Below, piece after piece: positions 53,891-64,000 of a stretch of 64,000 bases of DNA. The DNA comes from Paraspadella gotoi (lineage: Eukaryota; Animalia; Chaetognatha): the NCBI GenBank assembly GCA_051294375.1, contig CM119265.1, positions 15,662,963 to 15,726,962 on the forward strand. Direction: 5' to 3'. Every line of letters begins with the position of its first letter. Within the stretch, counting starts at the first letter, position 1. The notes under the pieces are model-generated. The model was given only the letters and a program-made list of their open reading frames with translations, searched no databases and had not been told where the DNA came from. The position numbers and the translations under genes are program-made.

Positions 53891-54557
53891 TTCCTTTTCC
53901 TTTCAACGTTGGTTTAAACAATCGGAACTCTTTCCACGAATTTAAAAAAAAAAATTAATAAATTAGGACAGAATGGGACGCGGTTGAGACGTCGCGCATT
54001 GATCGGGATTTCCGCACGATCCTTTCTGGGGCATCTTGCTTTTCGGCGGTAGAGCCTCTATTTACGGTTGATCCGCTTCGCTCTGTTTTTTTCGATCGCT
54101 CAATCTCTTTCGTTGAAGGAATTTGAAAAAAAAATCGCTTCTTAAAAGTTTGAAATGGGGAACCTGTCTTGGGAATTACCACGGATTCATTTCATTTTTG
54201 CCGTATTTGTTTGTCCTTATATCACCGATAATCTTTTACTTTTTTCTGTAGGTATCTTAACATTCATCGCCAAGTTTATTTTTTCTTCGGGTCGTTTGTT
54301 CAGCCCTCCCCGGATCGAACCTTTGGATCAGAAAGTCGCGTTTCGAGATGAATTTTTTTTTCCCGGTTTTCTTTTCTTTAACTTTATTTATCTGTCTCTA
54401 TCTCTCTCCCTCTGTTTAATCCATCTGTTCGATCGACGCGCGGCGAGATCGAGTCTCGTGTCGGAATCTCATTAGCGCACGAAAAATTGAAAGAAATAAA
54501 TCATGGAAAGACGACGACGAGAAAAGATAAAAAAGCAGGAAAAAAAAGAGTTAAATT

Positions 54558-54624
<67 letters not shown>

Positions 54625-55367
54625 TCTCTCTCTCTCTCTCTCAGTGTATATGGGTCCTCCTTTCAAAAATCCCAATTAAAGGATCTCTCCCCCCGATCCC
54701 CGTTGTTTCTGTTGTTGTTTCTTGTTTCTGTTGTTTCTGTTTCTGTTGTTTCTTCATTACTAAACAAAACAGGCTAATCAAAAGACTCGGAACAAATCCA
54801 AAAATAAGCCTCTTGTTCGAATACGGAAGTTTACGCCACCTGCTGCGCCATCGGCGATGCTATCGCAGATGCCATCGGCGATGCCATAGACCCAAAACCC
54901 GGATAATTCCGCTTTTCCTTAATCCACGGTCGGATTGAACGCCTCTAGTTTAAACAAAAAAAAGGAAGGTTAAAGAAAAACGGAAGCTTCTTTGTTTTGT
55001 TTTCTTTTTACATATTTTCTATCATGTTTGATTTAAAATAAACTTTATTATTTACTTTTGTCTCAAATTTACTGATACACTTGCTAACCGAAACGGTACT
55101 ATTTTGAATTATGAATTCAATTTATAATTTCCATAGCCACAATCAGCGTCGCTGCATGCAGTTAAGGTCGTATGAAATCCCTGGAAAGTTAAACCCATTG
55201 CTTAGACTTAGACTAAGACGCCGAGGAAGGCGTTCAATCCGACTGCGAAACCTGGCGGCGACGAGGAGCGTTTGTTTTGTCGCTGTTTGTTTTCCGTCGC
55301 TTGGCAACCACAAAGCCTTGGAAAACTTGTCGTAGTGGCAATGAGAAGGGAGTGGGATAAGGGGAAG

Positions 55368-55501
<134 letters not shown>

Positions 55502-56014
55502 TTTTTTTTTTAAACTAGGCTTAGAGTATAGGGGGGAAATAAGGTAATTCCCTCACCGCGAGCAGCGCGCGCGTCTCTGCATAAACAAGGATTCCCTTTA
55601 ACGAGGCTTATTATTTAGATTAGCGCCTCATTAGGAATCGCGGACTTTGATTAGCATTTATTTATCGGACTTCATCGGCGCTCGATCGGAAAGAAAAAAA
55701 TTATGAGGAGAATCGTAAGAAGGAAAAGTGAAAAAAAAGAAGAGAAAACCTGTTTCCCTTTTGTTTTTTTATTTTCACTTCAGCGACGAAGCGAAAAAAG
55801 ACTAAAAATGCTGATCGAGAACGCGTGGCTCGCGAGGGAGGTGGCGCCTGCTTCGGGGGAGGCCGATGACGACGACCATGACGACGACGACGACGACGAT
55901 GATGGGGTGTCAAATACGTATAGGATTCAAAGGAAGTTCTTCTCAAAAATGACAAAGACTCTGAGGACCACGACGATAGGAGTTTAAAATGCAAAAGAAT
56001 TTAATCTTCTAGAA

Positions 56015-56050
<36 letters not shown>

Positions 56051-56234
56051 TTCGATGGATCACCGTAAGGGGGTCTCGATCCCGGAACCTGATTGAATCC
56101 TTGAGAGATAAAGACCCCAATATTCGATTTCGAAGTGGATGACCGAATTCTTCCGTCTAGAAATTCCCATCTCAAGTTGATGATTCCTTTCGATTTCAAT
56201 CTCGGTCCATTCTCCTATGGAATTTTCAAATTCC

Positions 56235-56372
<138 letters not shown>

Positions 56373-56851
56373 AACATTTCATTTTATGTGTAACATTGAA
56401 GCCAAAGTTATTTTAACTACTCGCTGACCAAGTAAGCGAATTCGTCAAGCCGCGTGGGGTCATTTTGGGATGCCAGCGAAAACGTGGACGTCACCTTGAA
56501 ATTGATATGATTGTGAATGACGGGCGGAAACTCAAGAGAAGACAGTTTTGCCGTGACCCGGTTTTACCTTTCGAGTTTCTACGTTTCAGTTTATGTTTCT
56601 TCTTGACTGCCGGCGTCTTCATAGTTGTCGTCGTCGTCGCCATCGTCATCGTCGTCATCGTCGTCGTCGCCATCGTTGACCCTTGCCATCTCGTTGGCTT
56701 CGAAGGACGCGTTTATATTTAATTTGTTTGCTGCGTCGGTCAAACTGCCGCTGCGTCGTTCGCCGTTACGTTTATGATTGCTGTCTGCTGCCGTCGTTGC
56801 TGCCTCCCGTCGTCTTAAAAGTCTTTCTTCGAAACGCGTCTCCCCCCGGGT

Positions 56852-56921
<70 letters not shown>
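56852..56921. repeat. (CGT)n microsatellite, representative of many GAC/GTC tracts
   Basis: Seen directly; others at about 3201-3250, 21351-21385 and 56015-56050. Confidence 0.95.
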
Positions 56922-57384
56922 AATAATCATCGTCATTCGCAGCATGCGATTCAAAAGGAGAAATTCATTTATACTTTTGGCAAAATGAAATGACGATGAC
57001 GAAGACATCGACGACGACGACGACGACACTGACTAGGTAAGCGAGAGGAAATCCGACCGGGCGGCACGACGACGACGACGACGACTATGAAACATGCTAA
57101 TCTGGGCCCAAATTCGAAATGATCCCCGCTCTTGTCGACTCAAGCATTCTTCCTCGCGGACAAACTTATTTACCTTCATTTATTTTTTTTCTTCATCTTT
57201 TGTTTCTTTTTTTCTTTTTTTGTTTTATTTTCTTTATTTTGTTTACTTTTTTATTTCATAATCGACTTATCGTTTTTTCCATGTTGTCCAATGTACAATG
57301 TCCTAAAAGCTAAATTTAATGTTTTGTCGCATTGCTTCGAATGTCTGCCTTGCTTGCTTACTTCCTTTTTTTCGCAACTCTCTC

Positions 57385-57642
<258 letters not shown>

Positions 57643-58905
57643 ATATCGTTTTCGGTTGTATTTCGTCAAATCCTTTTTCGAATCCCAAATTCCTATCTGC
57701 CAAATTCTTTTTTTAATCCGCTGACCCAGATGTTTTTATTCCGTTTGTTTCCGTGTCCCTCTTCTGCTTTACTTCGTTCTTCTTTTTTTTTCCTTTGTTG
57801 CCCTTTTTTTTTCCCAAATTTTTCGATTCACATTATCTCCGCCAAGTTGCGGTCGGTGACTCATTCGTGAAGAAAGCGCCATTTTTCGCGACGGAATCGA
57901 AAGAGGGACGGAAAGTCAGAGACTCGATCTCACTTGGATTTTATTTCTAAATTTCCTCGTCACTTGGCCCACCCACGAAACCCTGAAGGCTTCCGAGCTC
58001 CAAGCATTGATCCACTTTTAAGTTTGCGACGTTTGTAAAAAATAACGATCACTAGAACCACTCGAAAAAAACTGTTAATACAAAAAGCATAAATGTAAAC
58101 GAGTCTCGCCGAGACTTTATGACTCGAAAAAATTGTTACTCACTTCTTCCCCTAATGCGCTCGTTTTTAAGTAATAAGTTCCGACCATTTGGTTTCACCT
58201 TCTCATCCATTATTTCTTAATTCGTTTCTCCATTAATTTTTTCCTTCCTTCCTCTTTCCACCCACACGTCCTTTTTTTTTTATGCCTTCGCGCCAATCGA
58301 TTATTTCTCTTTTTCTTCTTTTTCTTTTTCTTCTTTTTCTTCTTCTCTTCTAATCAGACTCATTATTTTTCTCTTTATCCCGTTTATTTCTCATCATAAT
58401 TCTCTCATTCATAGACTTCCTCGCCTAATATTTTTTTCTTCTCTCTCTCTCTCTCTCTCTCTCCTCTCTCTCCTCTCTCTCCCTTTTCTCATCCTTCCTT
58501 CTCTCATTTGTCTCGCTCTCTATCTCTTTTGCTTTTCAAACATTTCCTTCCAGTCATGTTTATATTCGTTAATAATAAAACTTCCATGGCCCAATCCAAA
58601 GACAATAACTGATTAAGTTTCACCAATAGACTCCTACGTTTTAACGATACTCGACCTCTGATTGGCTGAAATGCACTCTCCTTATTGGTTTAATGAACAA
58701 GCTTTCCTTTGAAAAGCTTCCTTCCGAGTCACACGACGAGACCTTTTTTGTTTTTCTTTTTAAAAAAAAGAAAGAAAAAATTTCCCGTCGTGAAATTTGA
58801 CAGGAATCGAATAAATTCTTTTTTTTCTTTCTCTTTAAAGCGAAGAGTCTCTTTGTTTGCCGAACAGAAAAAGAATAACGTAATTTTGTCATTCCCTCTC
58901 TCTCT

Positions 58906-58941
<36 letters not shown>

Positions 58942-60388
58942 CATTTTGAACAGAGCGAAACAAAACGCATCACAGCTTGACGCTACTACTACCTGCGGAT
59001 GCGAATTTAATGACAACAGAAAAAAAAACTTGATTTTTTTAGTTAAAAGAAAAAAGAAACAAAAAATTCCTTTGTTTCTTCTCTCTTCCTTTTTCCCGAC
59101 GCGTTGGTACCTACCGTCTGCCAGAAAAAGTCCCCGCGCGCTTTTGGTGTGACGCCAATGTGGGTATTAGCGCCGCGTTATTTTTATAAACGCCAACTCC
59201 GATTATTCCTTCGTCTGACGCCGTCGACCTTTACGAGTTCGCCTCCAACGCAGCCATCCGATTCGTATGGGTAAAAAAAAAAATATTTCTGCACAGACGA
59301 CCTTTACGAGTTCGCCTCTTTCGAAGCAACGTCTCGATGCCATTTCCCGCTGCTCCTTGTCGCGAAACATTTTTACCAATTATAGTTTTTTCCCTCGCGA
59401 CTGCCAACGACCGAAAAATCAGATGGAATCGAATCGAAACGCCATTGTTTGGAATTGCTTTAATTTCCGCCTTCGCTTTTAATTATCGTTTCTGACGTTG
59501 CCGTTTCTACGACCCATTTTTTTCGATTCACTTCACTCGTCGCTGATAACCTTTGAACGGCATATATCTCTTTCGATTCGACGCTAAACCTCGTTTCGTT
59601 TTCGGTCAGACATATTTACATATTCATTCGTTTATTTATTAGTTTTAATCCTTAATTTTGTGATAATTTCATTTGGTTTAAAATGACATACGTATATATT
59701 TAACTTAGCTTACTTTGAGCATTTTTTAACTACACCAAATTGTCTAGCTTTCACTTACTGAGTTACTCTCGACTCTAGTCCCTCACCTCCCTTGACTCCA
59801 TTGATCTCCTCCGCTTTATTAAGTACTACTCTTCCAACTCTCTCCTTAACTCACCCTTCCACTCACCTCTAAACTCGCCTTAACCTCACCTTTTCCCCTT
59901 CGAAACTAATCTTTTCTCGTGACCAGACTCTTTGTTCCACGACGTCGTCTTCTCTCGTAAATACAGACAGTTTTTGGCCGGAGTCAAACGCCCGGTTGAT
60001 GGGAGGGGGAGCGGGGTTAAGGCGGGGTGAGGAAGAAAAGGTGTTGGACATAAACTTGTCCAACAAAGGAAGAGGAGTAAGTAAAATCGAGGTGAAAGAG
60101 AGAGACAGAGACAGACGCAGTCTTTCAGGGTCTGAGAAGCCCACAAGATATAGAGGCGGGGAGGAAAGAGGGGAAAAAAAGAGAAAACGCATCGAAAAAT
60201 GGACAAGGGTTAAAGTTCCCGAGTGATATTGAAAAAAAACTCAACCATAGTTTTTTTTTTCTTAAAATTCTTTCCACTTTGCGAACTTTGACTTCCCCAG
60301 GGCGAACTATCCAGAAGAAAAAAAAGGAAGGAGAGTAAAAACATGAGACGTGAATACGAAAGGAATTGAAATCAGTTTTTGTGGTCAA

Positions 60389-60532
60389 AATCGAGAGAAG
60401 TTGTCAAAGACTCTCAAGACTTGTTCGTTCGTTCGTTTGTTCGTCAGTTCGTTAACCCAATCGAGAGAAGTTGTCAAGACTCTCAAGACTTGTTCGTTAG
60501 TTAGTTGGTTCGTCAGTTCACTCACCCAATCG
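60389..60532 (+). repeat. Two-copy tandem repeat of about 70 bp
   Basis: The unit aatcgagagaagttgtcaa(a)gactctcaagacttgttcgtt...gttcgtcagttc...ccc starts at 60389 and again at 60459. Confidence 0.9.
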
Positions 60533-61263
60533 CACGCATCTTTTACTGTCCTCGGGTCTTGCATTGTTGAAGAATTCTTTCCCGCGTTGGATTTTCTGAA
60601 CGAGATTCTGGTCGACATTCCGTCGACAGTCTCGTCCGCATTCTGCCCTATTTTTTTTTGAGTACGAGTACGAGTACGAGAACAGTTTGGCATCTCCGCC
60701 CAGCATTCCAAGAATTGAGCCTCGAACAAAAATTTGGAAATAAAAATTTTACGAAATTAAATTTTATAAAATTAAGGAAGATCAACTTTGACAATCTACA
60801 TGTAATTTTTACTTATAAATATATAAATTTAGCATATATCTCATCGTCGTCGTCTTCGTCGTCGTCGTCGTCGTCGTCGTCGTTAACGTCCATTTAGTTT
60901 TTCGCTATCGCTCTCGATCTGTGAAAGTGTGAATACACACACACACACACACAAAAAAGAAGAGTGAAAACTATCGCCCTGGATTCTTGGTTAATGGCTT
61001 TTTTCTTTTTTTTTTCATTGTCGGTTCGAAAAGGGTTAGAAATTTCGATTTTATTTTATCTTGAAAACAAATGAAAAAACAAAAAAACAAAATAGCATCT
61101 CGAAGTCGAAGCCTCGAGACTCAAAAATCCTCGCTCGATCGTCGTCGCTTAAAAAAAAACCAAAGTTCGACTTCGCTTTTCTCTTCGTTTTCCTTTCATC
61201 TTCTCACAAAAACAAAAGTCACAAAATATTACGACCACGTTGTTTTTTTCGCCCGAAGGTGAT

Positions 61264-61378
<115 letters not shown>

Positions 61379-61536
61379 CAAGGACATCTTCATCGTGACG
61401 TGATCGTTATTGTCGTCCCAGCCACAATCGCTAATCGTCTTCGTGGAATCTCCACCTCCTCCACCTCCTCTTCATCTTCCTCTTCCTCTTCCTTGACCCT
61501 TGGAATTTCCGAGAGTTAACCCGACGACGTCGTGGA

Positions 61537-61681
61537 TCGCATAACATCTTCAAATGTTCTCGACAAACTTTGACGGTGACAACGACGAAAACAAACATCT
61601 GTAAACATCTGTTATCGAAGAAATTGTGATCTGACCACGGGAGCGAGGGCGAAAAGCGTAGGTCCACTCATCTCTCTCTCT

Positions 61682-61750
<69 letters not shown>
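61537..61750 (+). repeat. Dispersed element of about 135 bp with a (TC)n tail, copy 2
   Basis: Same orientation and same 3' junction to (TC)n as 57385-57638. Confidence 0.7.
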
Positions 61751-62813
61751 TAACTACCGCCCATTTAACTCTATGACCGCAACACCGGCCGCACTCTTGT
61801 CGCCCGAATGTCACCCATAATTTTTTTCAAGTATTCCATTTGCCGCCAAACCCACCCGACTGTCTCACCGCTCGTCACCTCCAGCCCGTCACTCCGTTTA
61901 GTTCGCTTTCCCGCCACCGCTCAACCACCACCGGCACCCGGCGGTAATGGATTCGATTCAAGTGGGAGCGAGTGAGAGAGAAGAGAGAGAGGAGAGAGAG
62001 AGAGAGAGAGAGAGAGAAGAGAGAGAAGAGAGAGAGAGAGAAGAGAGAGAGAGAAGAGAGAGAAAATCTTTAACATTACCCGTCCTCTCTCTCTCTCTCT
62101 TTTTTTTAAAAAAAACTCTTCGGCTGAAATTAATTGAATTACGCGTGGAATTTGGAAAAATAAAATTGCCCGGTCGGAGATATTGTTTTAACTTTAAAAT
62201 CACGCGCCTAATTGATTTAGTGGGGAGAGAGAAGCTAAATTCCCGGTTAAATAAAGAACAACGCCGGATCTTCTGGGGATGAAAAGACCTTGAGCTTAGG
62301 TCAGGCGGGATTGGATATTGGACAAAAAGGCGAAACTTCAATAAAATCAATAAATTTCTTACTCGGATACAAAAAATGTATCTAAGGCTTTAAAAGAAAT
62401 TTAATTCTAAACCATTTTCAAATTGAACAAACTTGCGGACATGACATTTTCATATTTTAAAACATTCCTTAATTTCTTTTTCGTCGTCTTTGCCGTCGTC
62501 GTCTGAATATTTACTTTGTTTCTCAGTCGTCGTCGTTGTCGTCATCTTCGTCTTCTTCTTCGTTTTCTCATAGCATCCAGCGCATCATAACGTGATTTAA
62601 AAACTGTTATTTCTCATGCGATTGATTTCGATCCCTCCATCCATCCGACCGTCTATCCATCCAGCCATCAATTCATCCGGAGAGACTTATCAGTCAGTCG
62701 GGTCGAGTTTGGAAACATTTGGACCGATGGGGACATAAGGAGGAGGAGGAGGAGGAGGATGAAGAAGAGGAGGAGGAGGTGAGGGAGGTTTCTCTCTCTC
62801 TCTCTCTCTCTCC

Positions 62814-62867
<54 letters not shown>

Positions 62868-63188
62868 GGGGGTGAGGATGATCGTGGGAGAATTCAAAAT
62901 CGCGATGAATCCCTTTTTTCGCTTTTTTTTCCTTTTTTCTCTTTTTTTCGTCTTTTTTTCGCATCTGATTTTTCTTCTGTTTTCGTTTCCAAAGATAATT
63001 TTTGACATTTTAATGTTTAACTTTATATTTAAACTTCCTCAGAGTGGAATAAAAATCATTTTAACTTACATACAAATGTAATTTACTTCGCAATTTTTAA
63101 ATTCTTAAATTTCCTGAATGAATTTTTAAAATCATCTTCGAAAAACCCTTTTTTTTTTCTTTGCGACATTGAAGCATTTTTAGAACCA

Positions 63189-63326
63189 NNNNNNNNNNNN
63201 NNNNNNNNNNNNNNNNNNNNNNNNNNNNNNNNNNNNNNNNNNNNNNNNNNNNNNNNNNNNNNNNNNNNNNNNNNNNNNNNNNNNNNNNNNNNNNNNNNNN
63301 NNNNNNNNNNNNNNNNNNNNNNNNNN
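63189..63326. other. Assembly gap (138 N)
   Basis: Run of N. Confidence 1.
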
Positions 63327-63798
63327 AGAGAGAGAGAGAGAGAGATTTCGCAGGGCTTATGGCTCTGACGCGAAACTCGCTTTTATAACTCTCAGTTGTC
63401 ATTCAATAAAATGGGGACAGCAATTTCGGGGATTTAATTTTTTTTCCTAAAAATATATATTCATGATAAAAACGTAATTTAATTTTTTGACTCTCTTTCC
63501 TCTTGAATTTAATTAAATAAAAATCATAACACGTTTTCAATTTTTGAAATAAAACGTTTATTTGTGAAAAATTTTTCGAAGTATCTCATAATGAAATAAT
63601 AAAAGAAATTATGACATTGCAAAGTTAAACAGATTGAAAACTTTTTTCCCGCCAAGTCTTAATCACTCCTCCCAATTCTCCTTCTCGTTCTCCTCCGGAC
63701 TAATTTTATGAGTTTTCCCTTTTGGAAGAAAATTTAAAAAAAAAAGAAAACGAGAAAATATTACGGAGAAAACGAGTTTCAAACTAATTTACCAATGG

Positions 63799-63836
<38 letters not shown>

Positions 63837-63838
63837 AA

Positions 63839-63887
<49 letters not shown>

Positions 63888-63902
63888 AGAAGAGAGAGAA
63901 GA

Positions 63903-63933
<31 letters not shown>

Positions 63934-64000
63934 CAGAAAGAAAGAAAGAGAAGCGGGAGAAAATAAAAATCATGGTCGGAAGAATTAATATAGGGCCTGC

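Noticed and set aside
60389-60532. CRISPR-like array
   Set aside because: Only two near-identical 70-bp units without unique spacers, in a eukaryotic context with no cas genes.

Overview
AT-rich but CpG-rich animal (invertebrate-type) genomic DNA from a draft assembly. It is dense in microsatellites and has four N-gaps. Most ORFs in the supplied track are artefacts of simple repeats; the real genes are multi-exon and I spliced them by hand. (1) An EFCAB9-like EF-hand gene (minus, 4061-~5852). (2, 3) Two small unidentified minus-strand genes, each with an [ST]xYxxx[YF] motif like those of ciliary microtubule inner proteins (11194-12210 and 16043-17971). (4) The N-terminal exons of a RAPGEF1/C3G-like gene on the plus strand (43372-44820), with a probable first exon present twice at 30493-31094 and ~40054-40664; the gene runs out of the window. 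(5) A ~753-aa type II membrane glycoprotein gene (minus, 50960-53890), apparently nested in the C3G intron; its frame continues past the TGA stop and across a further intron. The most striking non-coding signal is a ~240-nt highly base-paired segment (minus, 18146-18384) with an upstream TATA box and a T5 terminator. It looks like an RNA polymerase III type-3 gene, but I cannot assign it to a known family. A 9.6-kb tandem duplication (23263-42478) and a ~1-kb duplication look like long-read assembly artefacts. All homology calls are from memory of the families, not from database searches.
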